Both the position numbers and the translations under genes were made by a program. The notes beneath the pieces were generated by a model that saw only the letters and a program-made list of their open reading frames with translations, did not search any database and was not told where the DNA came from. A stretch of DNA of 64,000 nucleotides. It comes from Diadema antillarum (taxonomy: Eukaryota). The stretch is taken from contig NW_027271407.1 in assembly GCF_040938485.1 (NCBI RefSeq), positions 558,001-622,000 on the forward strand, read 5' to 3'. Positions 39,270 through 51,785 of the stretch are shown piece by piece (position 1 is the stretch's first letter; each line of letters opens with the position of its first letter).

Positions 39270-39683
39270 TTTTCTTGTCTTTTCCCTGTAAAGAAAATTA
39301 TATGATAAATTGAATGCGAGGAGCTGATGCGGATATTATGTAAACGATTCATTAAACAGTAGTCATGCAATATCACATCAATGCATACAATTTTTCGTTT
39401 TACTCACAGACAAATAATTGCCATTTTTAATGAAATCATCATGAAAGAGAACCGCAAACACTAATAAATTATTACGCATCTGGAGATTGGTTGCTAGACA
39501 TAATTTTGAGAATACATCATAAGCTGCTTGTAAGGTCATGATACACACGTTATCTACGGAACTTGTGACGTTACATTCAATATCACTCTTTCATGATAGC
39601 AGATTAAACTTAAGAATCCATCCTTTTCTTAATTTCACCTCAAAAAATACGTACGCTACTACTAAGATATATGATAATAACAA

Positions 39684-39714
<31 letters not shown>

Positions 39715-39831
39715 CACACATAAAGAATGATTATGTCAAATCTGAACGTATGCTAGCTATCTATGAAATATTCCATTCACGTTTCTGTTCAGGCGTTTTC
39801 TGAACATTTCTGTTCAACTTTCAAAGCTTAC

Positions 39832-39990
39832 CCGAAGAAGCTGCAGTCCTAAGCATAGATAACCAATATCAGCAGTCCACGTACATCCACGCTTCGTTGA
39901 AATGATGCTTTCGAATTGCATGTCTTTGGACTTAAATAGTTGGCGTCAGATTATGCGCATGAGCAGAGCACGAGTTGAAGTCGAGTTGAA
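39832..39990 (-). promoter_or_regulatory. Predicted G4 core promoter and exon 1 (intron 39286-39831); CCAAT box deleted
   Basis: Nearly identical to the G3 block (GTAAG donor at 39831, TGCGCATG at 39954-39961), but the AGCCAATGAC... segment is missing after GTTGAAGTC. Confidence 0.68.
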
Positions 39991-42235
39991 TTGTACTCCT
40001 ACACATACATACACCCCCCCCCCACTCACACACACACACACACACACACCCACCAAGCAAATAGTCTAGCACCGCACCCAATCACACAATTACTCGTGCA
40101 CCACAGAACTGTAAGGCCTCCAACTGAATTTACAATAACGCAAGTAGACATTATTAAGACCGATCATTAAATTCCTCTGCATGATTATGTAGAAGCAAAG
40201 CAAGTAAAACACTCGACAGAACACATCACTGCGTAAATCAAGCATACCACGTGATGATGTTGCCTGATGCAGGGACCTATGTTCGTCCAGCCATTATTTT
40301 CTTAAAGAGATCCAATGATTTCGATATTTTGTTTTGGTCTTATACGGAATGCAGTGGATCAATAACGTATTATACATTAAAGCAGTTCGAAGAAAGTTTG
40401 CGCTACTGATACCTAGCTTGATTTACGTTTAATGAATGAAGGTCTATGATCAAAAAATTGATATTTTCTATTACTGTCCCTGACGTATTGTATCCTCTTG
40501 AATAATGAATATTTAGAACATTCGCTCATGATTCACTAAAAAGTAAACTCTACGAAAAAAAAGAAGAAAATCACGATTCAGACACACACTTTAATGAGAT
40601 GAGGCAAAGCAATGAATTTAATGAAAAGATTGATGTGCAAATTCAGTGTCCAAGCCAAGAACTACCTAGGTTATTTTCAGGTAACTAAATTATGCTTCAC
40701 ATCAGTGCAACTTCAAAATTGCAGTTAAAATCGGAAATGAAATAATTACGTTTTTGTTGCTGTTGTTGAGATGGATTCCTTTTCCTGACCACAGTAGGAC
40801 AGTTAGTATAACGTGAAGTGTTAGCATAATTCAGTTAAATGCATTGTCATTAGATACTGATTAAACAATTGAGTTTGAGTCAACGTACACCAATAGAGAA
40901 TATTATTATTTGCGTCGATGATTAAAAAAAACTAAATCGATTCAGGTCTTTTGTTCAGTTGGTGGGGAGAAGTATTGATTAACACAGAACAGGGTCCAGT
41001 CATTTACACGGCGTTCATTCAACAATATCTAAAGATATATCGATCCTCTCGAAAGTCAGGAATATGTTACTAAACACACTCTGAAAATTATCTCAAATGC
41101 ATTGATACTATTTCATATTGCCTATCTGTGATATTGTTTGAGGGAAATTGTGGTATTATCAAAATAAATTCTATAATATTGTAATGACAAAAAATGTGCC
41201 ATAAGATTTATGACTTGTCTCTACTACTTAGTACACATTGAATCTATATTTCATGACTTAGATGTGTTAAAGACCCTTACTTGGTCCTCCCATATACACA
41301 TGGCAAACCGCAATATTCATGTGTAAATATAAAATTATCCAAAAAGTCTTTATAATACTTAAAGATACGTTGGCTTTACACATAAGCCTCCATTCATATC
41401 CTATTCGTGATGCAAAAGACAATTATTTAGAAAATCCTAAACTTATCAAACCTCAAAAACTCGTTAAGACATTATAGACGTGGTGTGTGGAACTCATTGT
41501 CTTAGACGAGTACTTCTCAACAATTTTTAAATAATCTTACAAAAATCATTCTTCGTCCCAATGTGTCACTGGAATCATTGTTTGTTTGTTTTTCAAGCAG
41601 AGATGTATTTCCGACCACAAGTCATAATTATTGGTTTACCGTACAATTCTCATTTCATTTTTTTTTACATACTCTCAGTATTTTGAGGTAGAATTAGTTT
41701 ACTAGTAGTAGTTTGTTTGGTTTTGTTTATTTTGTTCTTCCATACACGTCCAAATTTCTAAACACTGCTTGTTATCGCTTTTCTTCTCTCACCTTTTCCC
41801 AATACAGCTATTCCCTTCTTTGTCCTCTTACGATAATTCACTTCTCACGTTGTATATTCCACTAAATGTGTTGTCCTCATCGGATAAGTGATACCCTCAA
41901 TATTCAGAACTTCAAGTTCTGAATATCAGACTTCTTCCTTTAGTTTAAAACAAAAAGAAGAATCGTAATAATGATGATAATAATATTAATAATAATAATA
42001 AAAATAATAATGATAATGATAATAATAATGATAATGATAACATACTCATCCGTGAGCAGTTTTCTTTTGTCAAGAAAAGTGATTATCGATAGCGGTCTAC
42101 CCCATCACTGTAATTTTAGCATACGATGAAATATATGAACGAATGTAACTCGCATAATTATATCTATTTTTGGAATATATTTACACTTTGGTGCGGAAAT
42201 TGTTGATTTGGTCATCTTAAAAGAAAAAAAAAATC

Positions 42236-43629
42236 TTACATATCAATATTGCAAACTGTCGAATCTATATTACCTGTTTTTTCACTGAACAGAGCCGTTC
42301 TTTGAGACGCGCTTGTGGTTGATTTGAAAAATTCTCCTATCGCTGTACGGAACGCAGGATTCTGAATTGCGTAAATGACAGGATTTGCGCAAGAATTACA
42401 GAAGGCGAGGATAGTTACAGCGAAATAAAGAGGACTGTACAAATAGGATGTTGGCACAAAACGAAGATTGTACAAAACATACCCTGTCTGTGCCGATGTC
42501 CATGAAATGAGGAAAACAACGACAACAAGGAAAAGAATCTTGAGGACGCTTTTCCTAGCCACGAGGTACTTAGCTGTCGGGTGCGAGTTATTGCAGTTAA
42601 AGTCTTCTCCTAATCTCCGGCGGGACTGTTGATGGAGCACCAGTGCAGTCAGAGCCTGGGCTACAAGCATGATGAAAGCCGGTATGAGAAACTGAACGAG
42701 GAAAAGCATACAACCTGTCATAATCTGGGCGACTCGTGAATGAAACACCTCGATACATTCATTGTTTCTCGCACTAGCCACAAATAATAAGAAAAAGTTT
42801 ACCAAAAATGCAACTATCCATGTCAAGGTAACAACTTTGCCGATTCTTTGCCGTGTTACAAGGTGTTTCAAATGAAGAGGGTGGGCAATCGCAATGTATC
42901 TCTCTATTGGAATCAAGGCCAGAATGAAGATGGAGGCATCCACTGAAACCCACATTGACACGGATGTGTAAAATACCTTGCAGTAGACATTCCCCACCAT
43001 GTTTCAGGAACCCTGAGTGGCGTAGGCAGTGGGACCATGAATGCCGATGTGAAGAAATCTGCAACGGCCAGAGCACCGATCAATGCATCAGTTGACCGGC
43101 AAGTGTTTCGCCTTTGGAATAACACCAGGATTACGGTCAGGTTGCCCACTATACCCAACATGGACATTGCTAGTTGCGGAATCGTCACCCATGTCCATGA
43201 AACTGATTGCCACTTCCAAAGCGATTGTGGGACGGCAGGTTCTTCTTAATTTTGCGCAGTATAACTTGATGTATCCGCAGGGTCTGTATAGATTTCAGTT
43301 GCATTTTGAAACTTGGTTTCAAAAATATTGGAATCCTCTAGCTTAAATGTATTTGTTTTAATGGTTTTGTCGTGGTGCGAGGTAGTTTCGATATGTAAAT
43401 AGCTCTGTTCAAACTGAGCAGAAACTGGATCTTTGTCTAAAGCTTGCGTATGTATGGACTGATTACCGTCGTTTGCCTCAATGTCTGAATGACTTCCAGA
43501 GTTAACAATTGATACTCCCATTGTATCCTGGGGAAACTGTTCAAAAGTTGCGGTGCTAGCCTGTTGTGTTGTGACTGCAGAGCGGACCATTCCTAATATG
43601 ATGAGAACGATCGTTGTCATTATCCTCAT
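42236..43629 (-). pseudogene. G5: full-length GPCR paralog disabled by a nonsense codon and a 1-bp deletion
   Basis: In-frame TAA at 43246-43248 where paralogs have Glu (AQN*EEPAVPQ). Frameshift at ~42996 (TGG-TGGGG-AAT versus TGG TTA GGG AAT). TM6 SWTP is changed to SWTS. Confidence 0.9.
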
Positions 43630-45070
43630 TTTTGCCGTGTTTTTTTTTTTTCCTGTTAAACAGAATATCGTAATGCGAGAAGTTCATTAGCCAATGGTAA
43701 AAGATTCATGAAGCAGTACATGTACTAGCAAATCAGATGATATCACCAATGCCTAAAAAATCGTCTTTGGGCTTCCTGACAAGTCACTGCATTTCATTTC
43801 TTCAATGAACTAAAAAAAGACTTATACTTACAGAACTTATGAACAATTACCGTTGGAGACTTTGATTGCTATACACATAACATTTTCCAAGCAACCAGTG
43901 ACAGATTTGTACGGTCATTGAAGATAAATACATTTCTATCTTTTGATTAAGGCGGAAATCATTCTATCGTGAATACAGGGGAAACGGCAGTTTTTATTCC
44001 ACTTTCCTTTTTAATATCACCTCAAATTCACGTTACTTTTAACTGTTGTATAAAAAAAAATTATCGAGTGCTATTCATACTGACGTCAACGTAAAAAAAT
44101 TGAGTGACTATAATAGGCAAGTTGACTGCGTGTAAGAAGCTTACAAAGTCGATGCCTTTCCAGCAGAACACGACTTGGAAACCCCTTCACCAAGGCTCTG
44201 TCAAATGTTCTCTAGCTGTATAGTGATTACGTTACAAAAGGAGAAAAGTAGAGCGTCGTTTTACTTGAGTCAATTCAGCCCACTAGTAAGAGCAAAGACA
44301 TACAGAGAGAAGAGCGTTAGAAATCTATACGAAATTCTTATGAGTAGCCTTTCAAATTCCGGAATATTTCTCTCAGCTATAACCACTTAGTCATAAACAT
44401 CACAACCACAATCGTGGACACATAGCCGTTCTGACAGCTCATTCATTTATTGAGGTTACTGCAAGAGTTAGTCAGCGACTGAAATATTAAGCTGGAGTGG
44501 TGCGCTAAAGATCATGGCGTAGGTTTTCAAGCTATTGTTTAAGAATGGCGGACCTGACAACTTGATTACCTTTGATATAGCCTACACTTCACCAGACACT
44601 TTGACGTGTCAAAATACCAACATTTTAAGAGTTCTTTGATGACTATGTCAATAGAAAACCCCTTGAAAATTGGTTATGACAAAAGATTGTCTGTAAACAA
44701 CTTTATTTTGAAATGCATGAATTTCGTTAAAGATTCCTATTTTATAGCATTAGCCTTTGTTGTTTGAAATTCCGTTCTATGACTCGCAATTATGACTGAA
44801 CAACGCTACTAACAGCAACTGGATACAATTGGTAAAGAACAAAACAGTAATCAATTTTCGCCAGCGTTATAGATTTTATAGCGTGCAATGACACTTCAGA
44901 CGATACGTAAGATAGTAAAAATGCAACCCTTTTATCATGTGATTACGAAAAGAAGGGCAAATTATTTAAGGCAAATTCTAAAAGAACGCGAACAATGAAT
45001 TATCAAATTCCCTTCTGTTCAGTTTCAATATTCTATGACGGTCTTAAGCGAATCAATGTGCAAACCTTAC

Positions 45071-45240
45071 CCGCAGAAGCTAAATTCATCAGCGCAGATT
45101 CCTGGCAAAACCAGTAACAGATTCACCTGCACTCGCACTTCGTTGAAATGGTGTAGTCGAACTACATGTCTTTGGATTTATGTAGTCGGCGTCAAATTAT
45201 GCGCATGGGCAGAGCAGAGGCAGGCAAAAGCCAATCACAT
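45071..45240 (-). promoter_or_regulatory. Predicted G5 core promoter and exon 1 (intron 43653-45070)
   Basis: GTAAG donor at 45070, TGCGCATG at 45200-45207, CCAAT at 45231-45235. Confidence 0.62.
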
Positions 45241-45843
45241 CATACATCAAACCTACTTTGACCATGGAGCTACAACGGATATAGAAATCTTACACATTCA
45301 TACACACATACAATGTATACATCCACACAACACACGAACATTATAGCACCCAAGAAACAAAATAACTCGTGCACCCTAGAAATGTTCAAGGCCTCCCACT
45401 CAATTAACAATCACGGAAGTAGGCATTACCTTTGATCATCAAATCTTCGTGAATCTGAATAGCAAAGCAAATCAAACACAAGAATACATCGCTGGCTACA
45501 TTAGTCATTACCTATGATTATGTTGCCTTTAATGTTCTTGTAAGTTGGATATTGTTTGTTCCATAGGGGTCTACATGTTCGTCATTTCATTTCATTTCTT
45601 GCCATTTTGTTTCTTGAAGGCATCTATTTTTAGGGGTATTTTTGTGTTTGTGTTATTTAGAATGCGAAGAAACAATAAAACATTTCATATTTTAGCAATT
45701 CAAATGAACCTCGCATTTAGTGATACATTAATAGCCCGTTTTTGCTCCCCTGAAGGAAAGCATGCGATCGAAATTGAAAATTTTCTTCAACCTTCATTGA
45801 CGTGGACATTTCTAATAGTAGTTCATGAATAACTCACAATTTA

Positions 45844-46185
45844 AGGCCCCGTCACACTACAGCGAATGCCCAACGAATGCCAAGCGAAAGCCCAACGAAT
45901 TCGAAAATGTGAAGACAGTTTGCATGTCTGACGTTCTTTGAATTCATTAGCTATTCATAGGGATTCGCAGAGATACGCTGGAGATTTCGGACATGTTTAA
46001 AAAATAAAATCGGCTTCAGCGTATCTCTGCGAAACCCGACAAATAGCTAATGAATACAAAGAACGCAAAGCATGTTCCGAACTATTCTAGTATTACCAAT
46101 GGATGTTAACATATCTTCAAATTTTCAAATTTATTGGACATACGTTGGGCATTCGTTGGGCATTCGCTGTAGTGTGACGGGGCCT
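45844..46185. mobile_element. 342-bp PIF/Harbinger-type MITE with TTA TSD
   Basis: TIRs AGGCCCCGTCACACTACAGCGAATGCCCAACGAAT and ATTCGTTGGGCATTCGCTGTAGTGTGACGGGGCCT. TTA at 45841-45843 and 46186-46188. Confidence 0.9.
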
Positions 46186-46475
46186 TTAAGCGTTTTTGAA
46201 AAAAAAAAAAGAACACTTGAATGTGGTGATGTTGAGGTGAAACAATGATTCTAATGAAAAGATTCAAATGCGCAGTGTCAAAAGCCAACACATACTTACA
46301 TTAAGATTTCAGGTGCTAATAAGTTACTTTTTGATAAACTTGTTCATAAACATTTATCGCCTTCCTTGCGTTTTTGTCACTACTGTGTGCTTAAAAACTA
46401 TATTACCTTAAGTAAATTCTACACGTTCATTCCTGCTATGCAAGCGGAAGGTTTAAAAACGAAAAAAGTTTTTCA

Positions 46476-47160
46476 TAAATATCCACACTGTAAATTGTCA
46501 AATTTCGATTATCTCTTATTTTTTCGCTGAACATAGCCGTTCTTTCCAGTACACTGGTTAGTGGTTGATTTAAACATTTCTCGTATCGCCTTAGGGAACA
46601 CAGGATTCTTGATAATGTGAATGACAGGATTTGCGCGAGAATTGCAGAAGGCTAGGAAAATAGAAGCGGAACGTAAAGAGCTGTACAAATAGGGCGTTGA
46701 AAAAAATAGAAGGTTGAACAAGAGACTTCCCGTCTGTGTTGGTGTCCATGCGATGAGGAACTCAACGACAGGGTCAAGAAGTTTGAGAACACTTTTCCGA
46801 GCCAAAAGGTACTTAGTGGATGGGTTTGACTTTGCAATTAAAATCTTCTCCTTGCCTCGATCCGACTGGATTGTTGATGGAGCACCAGTGCGGTAAGGCC
46901 TGGGCTACAAGCATGATGACAGCTGGTATGAGAAACTGAACGAGGAAAACCATACGGCCTGTCATAATCTAGGCAAGCTCTGAATAAAACGTCACGGTGC
47001 ACATGTCGGCCTTCTCATCAGAAACAAAGAATAAGAGTAAGTTCGCTGAGAAAGCAACCGGACATGTCAAAGCAATAACTTTGCTAACTCTCTGCCGTAA
47101 TACAAGACGCTTGTAATGAAGAGGGTGGGCAATTGCAATGTTTCTCTTCATTGGAATCAA
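46476..47160 (-). pseudogene. G6: heavily degraded GPCR fragment (end of TM3 to C-terminus only)
   Basis: IPMKRNIAIAHPLH, MARKSVLKLL, IAWTPTQTG and FLAFCNSRANPVIH remnants with frameshifts. Homology stops abruptly at 47160. Confidence 0.88.
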
Positions 47161-48339
47161 TGCGAATTCACTAGCGGAGCATCCAAAATCACTAATGGAA
47201 CATTCAAATTAACTGTCGGAGCTTTCAAATTCACTTAAAAGCGCGCATTTCAGCAATGAGCATTCAAATTCATGTCAAGCTGGCGACGGAATCTCGTCGG
47301 TTATTCAAATTCGTGAATGGGCAACCATATTCCAAATAATTGTATTCAATTCAGGAGAAGTCCTGAACATAGTTAATTTGGGGCCTTGTTTCTGTCATTT
47401 TCCACTTAGCTGAGAATATATTTTGATTTTTGATGAAAATTATCTATTTTGCAGTAGAGGTCCACCTGTTCATTTAAAATTTGAACTCGGGCTTCACGAA
47501 AAAGAATATACAGGTACATGTCCCTCAGACAGGACATAAATTGGAGGTCCCATGTGTGTGAGAGTGACAACTAATGCAGGTAAAGGATCCCACTTCATTT
47601 ATTCATCGCAAAAATCAGGCCTGGGTGTTTAACTCTGTGAAGTGATCCCACCGTACATCCAACCGGACCCCCATGGAAGACGAGCTACTGCAGCTGAACT
47701 GCAGCTTCATTGATACTGATAACATGAACATTGTCTTCGTCTTGTTTATTGTTTATTGCTATCTTATTGGTTCGTGTGTCGTCCTGTTTTTAAATTGATG
47801 CATTGCCATTATGTTGTTAGAGTTTTGGCGTTGTCAGCATGCAGTATCATCAAGAAATATGATTAGATTGTTGTGCTATTTGGATGTAATGCTGACTGGA
47901 CCTTTATTTATTGAGATGAAAAACAACGATGAGCAAAAAACAATGTACAACCTTTTAACAATCATAATTGTTTATGCCCTTTCTCCTTTGTTGAAAAAAA
48001 AGTCTACTCAATTTTCCTCGTCAAATTGATGGCACGAAGTAGGAACTTGATCGCTTGAAAATGAAATGGAATGTACCAAACAAGCTCATCTTGACTATTA
48101 CATGACTGTCTCGTGAATTTGAATGCACGAGCAGGAGATACAATGTTCAAATTAGGACATTGAGGGCCCATGCGTGAATTTCGTTTGACGAAAACGAAGT
48201 AGAACTCCCATAGATTAAATCGATCGCTCGGATTTTGAATTTGAATGCCTGATTTTTTTTTCGCGAGCGTGCTCTGTGTGAATTCGAATGCATATCAATA
48301 AATCGAAATGACCAAAGTATGAAATTGACCGGTAAAATC
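47161..48339 (+). mobile_element. Diverged non-autonomous relative of the Tc1-like element, inverted relative to copies 1 and 2, with one end truncated
   Basis: 47161-47350 matches the reverse complement of 17130-17310. 48100-48339 matches the reverse complement of 14057-14300 and ends GTATGAAATTGACCGGTAAAATC|TA. Confidence 0.78.
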
Positions 48340-48966
48340 TATAATATAAATCTGTTTATGATACGAGCATTGTCGCTTTGAATCGTTTCAGCTTCCTTCT
48401 TATTTAAAGACTTCAGGCGTGCATGGAAGTGTCATTTCACTTGAACTATCGTCAGGAGTCATACTGTTTGGGAGAGTCTGTTTGACCCACTTTTATACAT
48501 GAATTCCGATTTTGGCCCAAATCAGCCCAGTGACTTGTCTGAGTCTGATTACCATGTGATTTCTGACTGATTAGTGTCCTGTGATTGTCGGAAAAGTGTC
48601 AGATCCTCATCCAATCACAATCAGACAAACAAATAAGATATCGGGCTGCTACCTGTCGGTGGAATGGGGCCTTTACCGTAAATTATCGTGTGTTTTCATA
48701 CAAGTTCTTACGTAAAGTTATTTTTTGTTGCTGTTTGATGTAAATAGTTCCAAAGATATAAACGTTGTATGCTTTCGCTTCTCTTCTCTCAACTTTTTCA
48801 TACACGGGTATCCCTTTCTTTGCGCATGTGCAGGTACTGTGCGCTTAAAAACTGGCAAGCTGACCATTATTTTAGTTAGACGATACAGGAGCATGTAACT
48901 ATTTTAAGGACATTGATAACTCTATACATAGGTTCCTGCTGAAAGTTTCAGGTCGAAAGAAGTTTC

Positions 48967-50379
48967 TTAAACATCCATATTGTAAACTTTCGAATCTGTA
49001 TTAGGCCTACCTATTATTTTCTCGCTGAACAAAGCCGTTCTTTCCGATGCTCTTGTGGTTGGTTTAAACAACTCTCGTATCGCCTTACGGAAGGCAGGAT
49101 TCTGAATAGTGTAAATGACAGGATTTGCACAAGAATTACAAAAAGCCAGAACAGTTAGAGCGGAATCTATTGGGCTGTACAAAAATGACGTTGGCACAAA
49201 TTGAAGGTTGTACAAGAGATATCCCGTCTGTGTTGGTGTCCATGAGATGAGGAAAACAACGACAACAAGAAACAGAATCTTGAGAACACGTTTCCTAGCC
49301 ACGAGGTATATAGCTGACGGGTTTGAGTTGTTGGATTTTGAATCTTCTCCAAGTTTTTGGCGGGAATGTCGATGAAGCACCAATGCGGTGAGAGCCTGGG
49401 CTACAAGCATGATGAAAGCCGGTATGAGAAACTGGACGAGGAAAAAAATACTGCCAGTCATATTCTGGGAAAGTCGTGAATGAAACTTGTCAGAGCAATT
49501 TCCGCCTTTGGCACTAACCACAAAGAATATGTAAAGGTTTAACAAAAACGCCACAAGCCATGTCATGGCAACAACTTTGCCAACTCTCTGCCGTGTTACG
49601 AGGCGCTTGAAATGAAGAGGGTGGGCAATCGCAATGTATCTTTCTATTGGAATCAAGGTCAGAATGAAGACGGAGGCACCCACTGAAACCCACATTAACA
49701 CAGCAGAATAAATCAACTTGCAGTAGATATCTCCTAGCCATGTTCCAGGAACGCTGAGTGGCATAGGCAGCGGGACCATAAACACTGACGTCAAGAAATC
49801 CGCAATGGCGAGAGCACCGATCAGTACATCAGTCGACCGGCAAGTATGGCGCCTTTGGAACAACACCAGGATCACGATCAGGTTTCCCACTATTCCGAGA
49901 AGAGACATTGCTAGTTGCGGAATCGTCACCCATGTCCATGCGACTGACTGCCACTTCCAAAGTGGTTGAGGGACTGCATGTTCTTCCTCATTCTGCGCAA
50001 TATTATTCATTGTATCAATTTCTGCAACGTCTGTATAGACTTCTCCCATATTTTTTGAGCTGATTTCAAAAACATCTTTTTGAAGGAATGTCTTGATTTG
50101 AACGGATTTATCGGGGCGCGGCGTTGTTTTCATATGAAAATACCTTTGTTCAAACTGAGTAGAAACTGGTTCATTGTTTGAAGCTTGCGTATATGTGGTC
50201 TGATTGCGTTTGGGGACATCAATGTCAGCATGACTTCCAACATTGACAACTGATACCTCCGTAGTATTTGGGACAAATTGATCAAGAGCTGCTGTGCTGA
50301 CCGGTTGTGTTGTGACTGTGAGATGAATGGTTCTTGATAGGATGAAGAGAACAATCGTTCGCGTTGTAATCATCCTCAT
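48967..50379 (-). CDS. G7: orphan class A GPCR paralog, 470 aa
   Basis: Open frame from ATG 50379 with LAIAD, ERY, SWTP and NPVIY. Acceptor CTCTTGGCAG| 16 nt upstream. Confidence 0.93.
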   Translation of the reverse strand: MRMITTRTIVLFILSRTIHLTVTTQPVSTAALDQFVPNTTEVSVVNVGSHADIDVPKRNQTTYTQASNNEPVSTQFEQRYFHMKTTPRPDKSVQIKTFLQKDVFEISSKNMGEVYTDVAEIDTMNNIAQNEEEHAVPQPLWKWQSVAWTWVTIPQLAMSLLGIVGNLIVILVLFQRRHTCRSTDVLIGALAIADFLTSVFMVPLPMPLSVPGTWLGDIYCKLIYSAVLMWVSVGASVFILTLIPIERYIAIAHPLHFKRLVTRQRVGKVVAMTWLVAFLLNLYIFFVVSAKGGNCSDKFHSRLSQNMTGSIFFLVQFLIPAFIMLVAQALTALVLHRHSRQKLGEDSKSNNSNPSAIYLVARKRVLKILFLVVVVFLISWTPTQTGYLLYNLQFVPTSFLYSPIDSALTVLAFCNSCANPVIYTIQNPAFRKAIRELFKPTTRASERTALFSEKIIGRPNTDSKVYNMDV

Positions 50380-50996
50380 GTTTCCTGTCCTTTTCCTGCC
50401 AAGAGCATAACATCGTCAAAAGTAATAAAATACAAGCAGTTGTTATGTAAAAAAAAAAAGTTATCAAGCAATATCACAAAATCAGATGGTATCACGTGAA
50501 GGCTTCATCATTGTCTTTTGCCTCACCGACAGATTACAACCATTCCTTTTTTTTAACGAAATCACTAAAAAAAGAATAAACAGTTATTGCCAGCGGGAAA
50601 ATTTGTTGCAAATCATGACATATGGTACATGTCTAATAACCGACAAGCAAGATACTGGCGAAATCATGATACACATCCTGTCTACTATTGAGATTTATGA
50701 AAAATGGGTTACAACCAATACCACCCTTTCCTGAAAGTAGGTTAAACTTCTCTGTCTCGTGCTCTCCGGCTGCAGTGATTGTAAGAGGAGGAAGCAAAGG
50801 GTTGATATGAAAAACAATTTTTACCCCACCAGTGAGAGACAAGAAGCATTAGAGATCTGTCCACAATCCTAAGCTAACATCTCTGAATTGCGTGATTTTG
50901 GTACCAGCCACCAGGTAGCAAAAGTCACAACCATATTCGTTGATGCGTAATCTTAGTGATCTTATCAAATCGTTGATTTGTCAGTAGGAGTGGTGA

Positions 50997-51163
50997 NNNN
51001 NNNNNNNNNNNNNNNNNNNNNNNNNNNNNNNNNNNNNNNNNNNNNNNNNNNNNNNNNNNNNNNNNNNNNNNNNNNNNNNNNNNNNNNNNNNNNNNNNNNN
51101 NNNNNNNNNNNNNNNNNNNNNNNNNNNNNNNNNNNNNNNNNNNNNNNNNNNNNNNNNNNNNNN
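50997..51163. other. Assembly gap (167 N)
   Basis: Run of N in the sequence. Confidence 1.
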
Positions 51164-51785
51164 GAACATAGCGTCGCACACACTGATTTTTAGTGAGGAC
51201 TGAAAATAAGTGAAATGGGTCAACCTAGCCGAACTTGACTTTTTCATATTTTCTGAAAGAGTGGGTCTTCTTTTACATTATGCTAAAATTTGGTAAAAAC
51301 GGGCAGGAAAGTGTGTTTTTTAGCAGTTTCTCTCGAATATTTTTGGTAGAATAGTGTGATTAGGTGTGTCTTTTTAATAGAATCCCTTTTTCATTTCTGA
51401 AAAAACCTTTTCCACACTCTTCACTTTCAACTCTAATAACTTTTGACAGAATAGTGCTACTGCTTTGAAAGTTGGCATTAATTGTGGAAAGAATAAGTTA
51501 ATGAGACAAGCTTAATTTCAGTTTAATCTGATAATTCCTTCATTGCTGTTACTCTGGTGGTTTATTTCCTGTTTTTTGTCCAATTCATCGCACAGCCAGC
51601 ACGGTTTGGCAAAGATTATAAAGCGCTTGAATAGACACTGTACTTCAGAGCCTCTCTTCTCAGTTCACACTTTTTCTGAGTTTGTGCTTTCTTTCCAATA
51701 TTTAGATAGGTTAGGAGAGTCCATTTGATTTGAGTTATACATCATTTTAAAGCTTAAAGTCTGCTCTTTCAGGTGCATGGTCATA
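51164..51785 (-). mobile_element. Inverted copy of the TGTGACC-TIR MITE, running into the gap
   Basis: Reverse-complement match to 25340-25920; ends GGTGCATGGTCA. Confidence 0.78.

Larger units (their letters stand above)
25939..41420. repeat. Segmental duplication copy B (LINE/Tc1 block plus G4 unit), enlarged by later insertions
   Basis: Colinear with 12819-23646. It carries extra insertions at 26431-26679 and 30652-34650 and extra sequence at 27954-29433. Confidence 0.9.

Noticed and set aside
47540-47800. Possible SINE-like repeat inside the non-autonomous Tc1-like element
   Set aside because: I could not identify A/B boxes, a tail or a TSD.
48490-48675. Possible second Harbinger MITE ending GGAATGGGGCCT|TTA
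   Set aside because: No matching left TIR was found.
50486-50734. Identical 82-aa plus-strand ORFs at 50486-50734 and 63748-63996 as a conserved small protein
   Set aside because: The identity reflects near-identical duplicated intron DNA. There are no protein features and no equivalent in the other paralogs.
50925-51247. ORFs spanning the N run
   Set aside because: They are artefacts of the assembly gap.
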